A stretch of DNA of 64,000 nt from Gemmatimonadota bacterium (GTDB lineage: Bacteria > Gemmatimonadota > Gemmatimonadetes > Longimicrobiales > Gaopeijiaceae), in the NCBI GenBank assembly GCA_034521595.1, contig JAXHMG010000003.1:448001-512000 (forward strand). The letters run 5' to 3'. The position numbers and the translations under genes are program-made. This document shows positions 9,500 to 18,447 of this stretch, in pieces (the stretch's first letter is position 1; each line of letters opens with the position of its first letter). Below the pieces are notes generated by a model. It was not told the DNA's origin and did not search any database. It worked only from the letters and a program-made list of their open reading frames with translations.

Positions 9500-10565
9500 A
9501 GGCCGGACGTTGTTCGAGCGTGCCTGCCGCGGCGAACGAGGGGCTCAAGTCCCCGTTTGGATCATGCGGCAGGCTGGTCGTTACCTGCCCGAGTATCGGG
9601 CGCTCCGGGAGCGCGTGGACTTCCTGACGGCGACGAAGACGCCCGAGCTCGCGGCCGAGATCACGCTTCAGCCGATGCGCCGCTTTCCTCTCGACGCGGC
9701 GATTCTCTTCGCCGACATCATGACACCGCTCGAAGGGATGGGGGTCGCGATGAGCTTTGCTCCGGGCCCGGTGATCGAGACGCCGGTACGGACCCCCCAG
9801 GAGGCCGCGGCGTTGCGGGCGCTCGATCCCGAGGAGGGCACTCCGTTCGTCGCGGAAGCGATCAGCATGGTGCGTGACGAGCTCGAGGACGACCGTGCGC
9901 TGATCGCGTTCGCGGGCGCGCCGTTCACGCTCTTCTGCTACCTCGTGGAAGGCGGGGGATCGAAAGATTTCATGGAAGCGAGGAGCTTTCTCCGTGCCCA
10001 GCCGGAGGCAGCGGGCGCGCTCCTCGACCTCCTCGGTGAGAGCATGGCTCGCTATCTCGTGGCTCAGGCCCGGGCAGGCGCGGACGCCCTGATGGTGTTC
10101 GACTCGTGGGTGGGCTTGCTCGGGCCGGACACCTACCGGCGCTTCGCGCTTCCGGTTCTGCAGCGCATGGTGACGCGAGTACGCACGGAGGTGGACAGGC
10201 CGGTCATCTACTTTGCCAACGGAGGCGCCACGCTGCTCGAGTCGGCCGCGGACGTCGGCGCCGACGTCTTGGGGCTCGACTGGACGTTGCCTCTTTCCTC
10301 GGCGGTGCAACGGCTCGGACCGGGAACGGTCTTGCAGGGGAATCTGGATCCCGCCGCGTTGTTCGCGCCGGAGCAAGAGTTGGGCGACGCGATCGACACC
10401 GTCCTCGGGGAGGGCGCGTCGGCCGCGGCACACATCTTCAACCTCGGTCACGGGATTCACCGTACCACTGATCCGGACCGGGTCGCGTTTCTGGTGGACC
10501 GCGTACACGAAGCGTCCGAGCGCGTGCACCCGCCTCGCACGACATCCACGGGAGCATCACAATGA
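9492..10565 (+). CDS. hemE: Uroporphyrinogen decarboxylase
   Basis: PVWIMRQAGRYLPEY, FAGAPFTL, QGNLDP, IFNLGHGI. Confidence 0.96.
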   Translation: MPEGRTLFERACRGERGAQVPVWIMRQAGRYLPEYRALRERVDFLTATKTPELAAEITLQPMRRFPLDAAILFADIMTPLEGMGVAMSFAPGPVIETPVRTPQEAAALRALDPEEGTPFVAEAISMVRDELEDDRALIAFAGAPFTLFCYLVEGGGSKDFMEARSFLRAQPEAAGALLDLLGESMARYLVAQARAGADALMVFDSWVGLLGPDTYRRFALPVLQRMVTRVRTEVDRPVIYFANGGATLLESAADVGADVLGLDWTLPLSSAVQRLGPGTVLQGNLDPAALFAPEQELGDAIDTVLGEGASAAAHIFNLGHGIHRTTDPDRVAFLVDRVHEASERVHPPRTTSTGASQ

Positions 10566-11647
10566 GGCCATCGTCCGAGAAGCTGGGTGTGTTGGTCATC
10601 AACTTCGGTGAGCCGGACGAGCCCGTGCTCGAAAAGGTCGAGCCGTTTCTGGAGCGGATCTTTCTGCAGAACGCGGGCCTGGAGCCGAACGAATCCGTGC
10701 GGGAGCGCGCCCGTCAGCTCGCTGCGGACCGCGCGCCCGGCCTCATCGAGGAGTACCGGGAGATCGGTGGCTCACCCCTGAACAACCAGGCCGAAGAGCA
10801 GGCGGAGGCTCTCGAGCGCGTTCTCGCTACCCGTGGATGGGACGTGCGCGTGTACCCGGCCTACCAGTTCACCGCGCCCACGATCGAGGAACGGATCGTG
10901 GAAGCCCGGTCGGAAGGCGTGGAGACGCTCGTCGCCGTGCCCGTGTATCCTCTCTGTGGCCAGTCCACCACGGTCGCCGCGTTGGACGAGGTGGTGCGTA
11001 CCCTGGCCAAGGATGAGGAGAGCCCGCGATTCGTCGGTGTTTCGGGATGGCACGACCATCCCGCCTACGTCCGGCTCCGGGTGGACAATATCCGCTCCTT
11101 CGTCGCGTCGAGGGGGCTCGACCTCACCGATCCCGATACGCTGCTCTATTTTTCCGTCCACGGCACACCGGTGAAGTATCTGGAGGCGGGGAACCGTTAC
11201 GATCGGTACGTGGACGAGCATTGCAGGACCGTCGCGGCGGAGCTCGGCACGAACCGGTACGGGGTCGGCTTCCAGAACCACACGAATCGGCACATCGTCT
11301 GGACGCAGCCGGACAATGAAGAGCGCATCCGGAACGCGTCCGAAGGGACGTTGGTGGTGGTCCCGATCTCCTTCATGCACGAGCAGTCGGAGACGCTCGC
11401 GGAGCTGGACATCGAGATGCGCCGCTTCGTGGAGGGGCTCGGCAAGACGTTCCACAGGGTGCCCGTGCCCCACGACGCTCCCGCCTTCGCCGACCTCCTC
11501 GCGGACCTCGTGGAGGAGCTCGCGGCGGGCCCGGAGTCCGGACGACTGTCTCTCGCGGCTTGCCGGTGCGCGCCCCATGACGGCATCTGGTGCACGAATG
11601 GCGCGCGTGATCTGCCCCCGAGCCCATTTCTGCCGGCGAGTGCGTGA
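10562..11647 (+). CDS. hemH: Ferrochelatase (proto- or coproporphyrin type) with Cys-containing C-terminal tail
   Basis: INFGEP, IGGSPL, PVYP, SVHGTP, WTQP, PISF...ETLAELD; ATGA overlap with hemE. Confidence 0.88.
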   Translation: MRPSSEKLGVLVINFGEPDEPVLEKVEPFLERIFLQNAGLEPNESVRERARQLAADRAPGLIEEYREIGGSPLNNQAEEQAEALERVLATRGWDVRVYPAYQFTAPTIEERIVEARSEGVETLVAVPVYPLCGQSTTVAALDEVVRTLAKDEESPRFVGVSGWHDHPAYVRLRVDNIRSFVASRGLDLTDPDTLLYFSVHGTPVKYLEAGNRYDRYVDEHCRTVAAELGTNRYGVGFQNHTNRHIVWTQPDNEERIRNASEGTLVVVPISFMHEQSETLAELDIEMRRFVEGLGKTFHRVPVPHDAPAFADLLADLVEELAAGPESGRLSLAACRCAPHDGIWCTNGARDLPPSPFLPASA

Positions 11648-11755
11648 TCTGCACCGGCTACACGGTGGTCTCCCTGGCACGGGCTGCTCGTGCGGTGGGC
11701 TGACGTGGGCGTCCGTGGGGCGCTTCGGTAGGCGCGGGGTAGGGAGCTCTCCCGA

Positions 11756-13054
11756 ATGATCGCGGTCGTCGGAGGCGGAATCACCGGGCTGGCCGTGGGC
11801 CATGCGCTGCGACGCACGGAAACGGACGTCGTCGTCTTCGAGGCGGAGGAACGACCGGGCGGCGTCATCCGGAGTGCCGAGATCGACGGACGTGTGCTCG
11901 ACTGGGGACCCCAACGGACCAGGCTCACGGCGGGGGTGAGCCCCCTGATCCACGAGCTGGGCCTCGACGATCAGGTCGTGACGGCTCCCGACGGCCTGAA
12001 GCTGTTCGTGTTTCGGGATGGAAGGCTCCGAGAGGTGCCTTTTTCGCTCGGGGCGTTCGCCACTTCGGACATCGTGGGCCTGCGCGGCAAGCTTCGCATG
12101 CTGCTCGAGCCGTTGACCCCTGGAGCCGAGCCGGACGAACGCGTGTCGACCTACTTCGAGCGGAAGCTGGGGCGCGAGGTTTACGAGACCATCGTGGCCC
12201 CCCTTTACGGAGGCCTGTACGCGTCCGATCCGGCGGACATGGAGGTGGGGCTCAGCCTGATCCACGTGCTTCGGCAGTTCGGAATCGGACGTAGCCTCCT
12301 GTGGCCCCTGGCGAGGCGCGGGGGGCGGATCGCACCGCCGCCCGCGTGTTCTTTTCGGGACGGCATGCAAACGCTTCCCGACGCGCTGGCTCGTTCGCTG
12401 GGAGCACGGGTGCGCTTCGGACAGCCTGTTCGCTCGCTGGAGCGGATCGGCGACCGTTGGCGGCTCCAGCTCGGGGACGGCTCCGAACGACACAGGGTCG
12501 ATGTCACGTCGGTCGTGCTGGCCGTGCCCGCACCCGTCGCGGGCGAACTGTTGAGCACCATCGCGCCCCGGGCGGCTTCCGTCATCCGCGGGCTCCGCTA
12601 CAATCCGCTGGGCGTGGTCCACCTGGACGCCGAGACGAACCTGACGGGACTCGGCTTCCAGGTTTCGTTCACGGAGCGGCACCGAGCTCTTCGGGGCGTT
12701 ACGTTCAATCACAGCCTGTTCGGGAGGACCAACCTGTACACTGCGTACCTGGGGGGGGCGCTTCGCCCTGATGTCGCGGAGCTGCCCGAGGATGACCTCG
12801 CCAGACTGGCCGTGAAGGAGTTCGGCGAGACGACCGGGTTCGATGCCGAGCCTCTTGCCGCGGAGCAGGAGTGGGTCCCCGCGTGGGACGTGACGTGGCG
12901 AGGGCTCGCGGATGTTTCGCTGCCTGCCGGCCTGCACCTCGGGGGGAACTGGTGGTCCCGACCGGGGCTGCCGGGTCGCATCGCGGAGGCCGAACGTTTG
13001 GCGTCAGCCCTGTCCGAAGCCCGCCCGGAGCCACGGTCCGGGAGGGATACGTGA
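11756..13054 (+). CDS. hemY: HemY-type flavin-dependent proto/coproporphyrinogen oxidase
   Basis: GGGITGL Rossmann motif, EAEERPGG, GLYASDP, GMQTLPDAL; position in hem operon. Confidence 0.88.
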   Translation: MIAVVGGGITGLAVGHALRRTETDVVVFEAEERPGGVIRSAEIDGRVLDWGPQRTRLTAGVSPLIHELGLDDQVVTAPDGLKLFVFRDGRLREVPFSLGAFATSDIVGLRGKLRMLLEPLTPGAEPDERVSTYFERKLGREVYETIVAPLYGGLYASDPADMEVGLSLIHVLRQFGIGRSLLWPLARRGGRIAPPPACSFRDGMQTLPDALARSLGARVRFGQPVRSLERIGDRWRLQLGDGSERHRVDVTSVVLAVPAPVAGELLSTIAPRAASVIRGLRYNPLGVVHLDAETNLTGLGFQVSFTERHRALRGVTFNHSLFGRTNLYTAYLGGALRPDVAELPEDDLARLAVKEFGETTGFDAEPLAAEQEWVPAWDVTWRGLADVSLPAGLHLGGNWWSRPGLPGRIAEAERLASALSEARPEPRSGRDT

Positions 13055-13659
13055 GGAGCCGCCCTGCGGGCGTGGTCGCGGTTGCCTGGACGCTGGTCGG
13101 GGTCTCGGGGCTTTTCGCTTTCGCGGTGCTGCGTCTCGGGGGACGGGGTGTGCGCACGATCCTCGAGGGTCTCGCCCCGGGGCAATGGCTCGTGCTGTTG
13201 GTTCTCACCTTCGCGTTCGTGTACGGCGAAGGTGTGATGTCGCTCCAGCGGCGGTGGGTCCCGCGGCTGATCGAGCGGGCGCGGTCGTTACGAGACGAGC
13301 GTCGCGCCCTCCAGGTCCTGGCCCCGCTCTACGGGTTGTCCCTGGTCGGCGCGCCGGCGAAGAGACTGCTCCGGGCATGGCTGGGCACGTTCGCCATCAT
13401 TACCGCGGTGCTGACGGTTCGTACGTTCCCCGATCCGTGGCGGGGGATCGTCGACTTCGCGGTGGCCGGGGCGCTGGTCTGGGGGTTGCTGAGCATCGCG
13501 TGGCGGGCGCCCGGAGCATTTCGAGGCCCTTCAGCCCGGCCCGAGCCAGCGTCCGAACCCGAACCCGGCCGCGGCGACAGCGGCCGTAAGGCACGCGTCC
13601 CAGACGAGCTCCACCGCGACGATGGCGCCGGTCGAGCGCCCTTGGAGAGGGACCCATGA
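13051..13659 (+). CDS. Conserved hypothetical membrane protein (about 4 TM)
   Basis: GTGA overlap with hemY stop; hydrophobic segments with YGEG, LAPL, PWRGIVD motifs. Confidence 0.65.
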   Translation: MRSRPAGVVAVAWTLVGVSGLFAFAVLRLGGRGVRTILEGLAPGQWLVLLVLTFAFVYGEGVMSLQRRWVPRLIERARSLRDERRALQVLAPLYGLSLVGAPAKRLLRAWLGTFAIITAVLTVRTFPDPWRGIVDFAVAGALVWGLLSIAWRAPGAFRGPSARPEPASEPEPGRGDSGRKARVPDELHRDDGAGRAPLERDP

Positions 13660-13723
13660 CAGGAATCCATGACGCTACGGCGGAAGATAGGAGGAAGGGG
13701 CCGGGCTGGGTGGAGGCGCTGGC

Positions 13724-15208
13724 GTGACGACGGAAGAGAGCCCCCGCGTGCGCGTGCTTCGGGACCTACCGGAAGCGTCGGAGCGTGCCTACGTCCTGTA
13801 CTGGATGACCGCGAATCGTCGGTTGGGCTGGAACTTCGCGCTCGATCGGGCCGTCGAGTGGGCGCACGCCCTGGGCAAGCCCCTCGTGATCCTGGAGGCA
13901 CTCGCGGCGGGATACCGCTGGGCCTCCGACCGCCATCACGCGTTCGTGCTCCATGGAATGGAGGAGCACCGGCGCCACCTCGCCGAGAGCCCGGTGGCGT
14001 ACCACCCGTACGTGGAGCCGGCGCCCGGCGAAGGACAGGGGCTGCTCGTCGCGCTCGCCGAGCACGCCTGCGTGGTCGTGGCCGACGATGCGCCGGTCTT
14101 CTTCCTGCCGCGAATCCTCGAAAGTGCCGCCCAGCGCGTTTCGACCCGGCTGGAAGCGGTGGATTCCTGTGGCCTTCTGCCGATGTCGCGTGTGGATCGA
14201 CCGTTTTCCTCGGCCTACCATTTTCGCCGCTTTCTGCACCGGACCCTCGCCCCTTACTTGACCGACCTCCCCGATCCGGCCCCTCTCTCCACGGCGGAAC
14301 TGGAAGGTGGCTCGGTGCCGGACACGGTACGCTCCCGGTGGCCGGAAGCCCCCCGGGAGCTCCTGGCCGGCTCTGCTCAGACGCTCGCGAGGCTCCCGAT
14401 CGACCATGAGGTCACCCCCTCGCCCATACGAGGCGGTACGAGCGCCGCGCGCGCTCGACTCGACCAGTTCCTGGCGCGTGACCTCGACCGCTACGGCGAG
14501 GAGCGGAACCACCCGGACTCGGATGCGTCGAGCCGGCTTTCCCCTTGGCTTCATTTCGGGCATATGTCCGTCCACGAGGTGTTCCACCGGGTCGCTGCGC
14601 GAGAGGGGTGGAGTCCGGCCAGGCTGGCGACGGATGCCACGGGAAAGCGCGAAGGATGGTGGGGAATGGGGGCTTCGGCCGAGGCGTTCCTGGACGAGCT
14701 GGTCACGTGGCGTGAGCTCGGCTTCGGATTCTGCCGCGTCGTTTCCGACTACGACCAGTACGAGACATTGCCCGAGTGGGCCCGCGCGACGCTGGAGGAC
14801 CACGCGTCGGATCCGAGGCCCTGGACGTACTCTCTGGAGGCGTTCGCTCGGGCGGAGACACACGACGAGCTCTGGAACGCCGCCCAGCGGCAGCTCCTGG
14901 GCGAAGGGATCATGCACAACTACGTACGGATGCTCTGGGGCAAGAAGATCCTGGAGTGGAGCGCCTCACCCCGGGAAGCGCTCCGCATCATGGTGGAGCT
15001 CAACAACCGGTATGCCCTCGACGGCCGGGATCCCAACTCCTACAACGGGATCATGTGGGTGCTGGGGCGTTTCGATCGAGGCTGGCCCGAGCGTGCGGTG
15101 TACGGGAAGGTTCGGTCGATGAGCTCGGAGCGGACGCGCCGGAAGGTGTCCCTCGACCGGTATCTGGAACGCTGGGGCGGTCAGGCCGCGCTCGATCTGA
15201 ACGGTTGA
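13724..15208 (+). CDS. phrB: Class II CPD photolyase
   Basis: YVLYWM, SRLSPWLHFG, MHNYVRMLWGKKILEW, DGRDPNSY are class II signatures. Confidence 0.92.
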   Translation: MTTEESPRVRVLRDLPEASERAYVLYWMTANRRLGWNFALDRAVEWAHALGKPLVILEALAAGYRWASDRHHAFVLHGMEEHRRHLAESPVAYHPYVEPAPGEGQGLLVALAEHACVVVADDAPVFFLPRILESAAQRVSTRLEAVDSCGLLPMSRVDRPFSSAYHFRRFLHRTLAPYLTDLPDPAPLSTAELEGGSVPDTVRSRWPEAPRELLAGSAQTLARLPIDHEVTPSPIRGGTSAARARLDQFLARDLDRYGEERNHPDSDASSRLSPWLHFGHMSVHEVFHRVAAREGWSPARLATDATGKREGWWGMGASAEAFLDELVTWRELGFGFCRVVSDYDQYETLPEWARATLEDHASDPRPWTYSLEAFARAETHDELWNAAQRQLLGEGIMHNYVRMLWGKKILEWSASPREALRIMVELNNRYALDGRDPNSYNGIMWVLGRFDRGWPERAVYGKVRSMSSERTRRKVSLDRYLERWGGQAALDLNG

Positions 15209-15232
15209 CGCTCGAGCCCCGTCGGTAGTCGC

Positions 15233-16273
15233 TCACCAAGCGCGCGAGAGGCGGACGCCGAGCGTGAAGTCGGCAGCCGGGGTGTCGGTAGGGAGATCTT
15301 CTTGGAACGAGACGTCCCACCGCCAGGTGTCGTCCAGCGTTCCCGCGACCCCGAACGTGAGATTGAAGGAGGGACCGTCCAGCTCCCGATGCTCGAAGCT
15401 GCGCAGCAAAGGTGAGCTCATCTGGTATTGCACGACGGCCGCCCACCCGTCGCCGAGGCTGCGTTCGATCCCGAGGAGTGCATGATAGCTGCGTGCCTGG
15501 AACATACGGACGTCGGCGTCCGAAGTGGCGCGAACCGTGGAGGCTCCCAGCATCGCGTGTCCGTGCCAGTCGGCTCGGGAGACACGACCGAGCGCGGAAA
15601 CGTCCAGGTCCGTGTTTTCCTGCACGAACGGCCCTCCCGCCGTCGGAATGCGGGTCGTCAGGCGGAGGCTCAAAGTCGCGGGAGCATCCTCAGAGCCGGC
15701 GAGGCGCCACTTTCCGAAAAGCCGAATATCCTCCAGCCCGAAGATGCGTCGCGGGACGTCGAGCACGGTTTCGCCCCCTTCCATTTCGACGGTCTGGTGG
15801 TACGCGCCATCCCGGAAACGTTCCCGGTTCGCGTTGCCCACGCGGAGGAAGGTGTGCCACCACGTCAGGAAGGGATCGAGGTTGCCTCCCCCCGTCGTTT
15901 CGAAGGTCAGGCGGCCGCCGATCTCGAGGTCCCGTGTGACGCCGTAGCGCACCTGCGCGGTCGTCACCAGCCGCTCCATGTCGATCAGGAGGACGTGTTC
16001 GGCGCCCGCTTCCTGCTCGAAGACATTCGAGAACGCCATCCAGGATCCCCACCGGAGGGAGCCGGTTCCGACAGGGTCGGGGGACTCCGCGGGTGCCGTC
16101 AGTCCGAGCCGGTGAAGGGGGGCGCCGTCCTCGGACGTCAGGGGTCCTAACGCGGGCGCTTGGCCCGCGGCGCGGCTCGCGGACGTGAAGAGGCCGAGGA
16201 GGCCCGCCACCACCCAGAGGACGCCTCGCGCCCGTGCTCGCGCGGAGGGAGGTTGGACGGGTGAACGTGACAT
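15233..16273 (-). CDS. Outer-membrane beta-barrel protein (DUF3187-like)
   Basis: Signal peptide, GGGNLDPFLTWWH, FQEDL...ADFTL, C-terminal aromatic residue. Confidence 0.65.
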   Translation of the reverse strand: MSRSPVQPPSARARARGVLWVVAGLLGLFTSASRAAGQAPALGPLTSEDGAPLHRLGLTAPAESPDPVGTGSLRWGSWMAFSNVFEQEAGAEHVLLIDMERLVTTAQVRYGVTRDLEIGGRLTFETTGGGNLDPFLTWWHTFLRVGNANRERFRDGAYHQTVEMEGGETVLDVPRRIFGLEDIRLFGKWRLAGSEDAPATLSLRLTTRIPTAGGPFVQENTDLDVSALGRVSRADWHGHAMLGASTVRATSDADVRMFQARSYHALLGIERSLGDGWAAVVQYQMSSPLLRSFEHRELDGPSFNLTFGVAGTLDDTWRWDVSFQEDLPTDTPAADFTLGVRLSRAW

Positions 16274-16481
16274 GGTGGCGGAATCGATGGTCCGTGGAAG
16301 GCGCGGAAAGGTAGGAAAAGAAGAGCTATCCGACGCGAACGATCAAGGACGTGCGTCGCCTCGAGCAGGGGGGGAGTGGACTTCGGCGGCCATGCGCCGT
16401 CTCTTGCAGGATCTCGAGCATACCCGGACGGGTACGCCGCGACCGATCTTTTTCTCCGCATTCAGGGACGCCCACGTTTTC

Positions 16482-16994
16482 ATGTACACTCTCGACGCTC
16501 TCGGAAATCTCGGCGAATTCGTAGGCGCCCTCGGCGTCGTGATTTCGTTGGTTTATCTGGCCCGCCAGATGCACCAGAACACGATTTCGGTGCGGGCGGC
16601 GTCCTTCAACGCGATGATCCAGAACAGCATTCGACTCCTCGAACACTCCTTCCGAGATTCCGAATTCGCGGCTTTCCTCGCACGGGCCGAAGCGGATCCC
16701 GACCAACTCACGCCGCAGGAGAGGGTGCGCTGGGACTCGTACATGACCGCCGTGTACCGGCATTTCGGCAACCTGGTATTTCAGTCCCGCGTCGGGGCCC
16801 TGGACGAGCAGATGTGGAAGGCGTATCGGGAGGACCTGAAGCGACATCTCAAGCAGGATTCCTGGGCGAGGTGGTACCATGCCCACAGCGAAGTTTTCAG
16901 CCGATCGCTGACCGATCAGGTCGAGCAGACTTTGCGTGAGATCGAGGTCGAGCGCCACGAGCATCGCGAAAGCCACGCGACTCCCACAGATTAG
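16482..16994 (+). CDS. Hypothetical protein with N-terminal TM anchor
   Basis: LGNLGEFVGALGVVISLVYLARQ..NT start typical of a widespread unknown-function family. Confidence 0.7.
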   Translation: MYTLDALGNLGEFVGALGVVISLVYLARQMHQNTISVRAASFNAMIQNSIRLLEHSFRDSEFAAFLARAEADPDQLTPQERVRWDSYMTAVYRHFGNLVFQSRVGALDEQMWKAYREDLKRHLKQDSWARWYHAHSEVFSRSLTDQVEQTLREIEVERHEHRESHATPTD

Positions 16995-17085
16995 AACAGT
17001 GTGATGATCGTACCCCTGCATGTGCTGGAGCGTCGAGGGGCGTCCGAACGTGTCAGGGGGCCACCCGGTCGACAGTCGAGGAACG

Positions 17086-18447
17086 ATGAGCGCGCGGTTT
17101 CGGATTCGAACGCCACACGGCCAGGAGCTGTCCTTCGGCTCCGAGGAGATGTTCGCCGACTTCGTCAGATCGGGCGAGCTTTCCCAAGACGACCTCGTGT
17201 ACGACGCCGCCACGGGCGAGTGGTCGCCGGCCTTCACGCACTCGCTCGTGCTCGAGGTCCAGGCCGGCGGGCAAGGGACCGGGGTGCAGGAGACCGAAGG
17301 CGGTAGTGACGGGCCCTCTGGCGGTGAAGCTTCCCGGGCGGATGCTTCCGACGACGAGGATTCGGATCTGAGCCTCGATCTCGCTCCCGAGCAAACTCCT
17401 GAAGAGGCTTCGGCCGCGTTCGTCAAGGAGATGGAGGAAGAGCGCGCCTCGGAGTTCGAGCGGACGGAGGAGCTCCATGGCCTGCGGCCGAGCAAGGAGG
17501 GCGGCGGATTGCTTCGGGACTCCGAAGAAGATCCGCAAGACTCTGCCGAGACGAACACGGACGCGGCAACGTCGGAGCGGGGTGGGCGGGATCCCGGTCG
17601 GGTCGAAGAGGACCTTACGAGCGAAGCCGAGGCGCAACCGACCCGGCGCACTCGGTCGACGCGGCGTCGTCGCCCGCCGTCGAGAAGCGCTCGAGCGTCC
17701 GTCTCCGGTCGGTTCGTCGTGTGGGTGTTGGTGCTCGGCGCGTTGGCCGGTGGCGTCGTCCTGCTGGGGCCCAACGTGGTCGGGCTGGCGATGGACTCGG
17801 GGGAGTCGGAAGACGTGGTCACCAGCGTGCCCGTGGTCGCCGACACCGAAGAGGCGGTCCGTGCGGCGGCCTCCGTGCGGTTTCTCGCTCGGGTTCGCCC
17901 CGGCCTGGTCGGGCTTCCGACCATCCCGTCCGTTTGGCTCGATGGACGATACCTCGCGAACGCGTCGGACTTTCCGGAGGTCCGTGCGGCTTGGCAGGAG
18001 CATCTCGCGACCGTGCGCCGTTTGCGGGTCGATGAGGAGGAGCACTACTCGACCGCGTATCTCAGCGCTCTCGACGATGCAGGAGTGACCGGCGCTACCC
18101 GAACCCTTCGCCTCGCTTCGGCGCTTTCGCGGTTCGAGAGCCGTGCACCGGAGCGCGCGGCACACTACGATCGCGTGGAGGAGCTGGCCGAGGCAGCAGT
18201 CGAGCTCCATGACTTTCTCGTGGCGCGTGAGGCGGACATCACGTACGAGCCGGCCGTGGGTTCCAGAGTGTCGGTCGACCCCATTCTCCAGGCCGCGGGA
18301 CGGGATCCGGAGACGCAGGCTTCGCTCGAAGCCGCGCTCGACCGTGTTCTGGATGCGCTTTCCGGAGGGGGCTCGGGACCGGTCGAAGTGGCTCGGGTGC
18401 CTCAGTGGACCTTCCAGGGGCTCCGCGACGTGGTGATGCCGGAATGA
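17086..18447 (+). CDS. Bitopic protein: GYF_2-like N-domain, acidic linker, basic patch, TM, helical periplasmic domain (paralog of 45746-47542)
   Basis: GELSQDDLVYD...W motif; TM VVWVLVLGALAGGVVLL; ATGA overlap with next gene. Confidence 0.7.
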   Translation: MSARFRIRTPHGQELSFGSEEMFADFVRSGELSQDDLVYDAATGEWSPAFTHSLVLEVQAGGQGTGVQETEGGSDGPSGGEASRADASDDEDSDLSLDLAPEQTPEEASAAFVKEMEEERASEFERTEELHGLRPSKEGGGLLRDSEEDPQDSAETNTDAATSERGGRDPGRVEEDLTSEAEAQPTRRTRSTRRRRPPSRSARASVSGRFVVWVLVLGALAGGVVLLGPNVVGLAMDSGESEDVVTSVPVVADTEEAVRAAASVRFLARVRPGLVGLPTIPSVWLDGRYLANASDFPEVRAAWQEHLATVRRLRVDEEEHYSTAYLSALDDAGVTGATRTLRLASALSRFESRAPERAAHYDRVEELAEAAVELHDFLVAREADITYEPAVGSRVSVDPILQAAGRDPETQASLEAALDRVLDALSGGGSGPVEVARVPQWTFQGLRDVVMPE

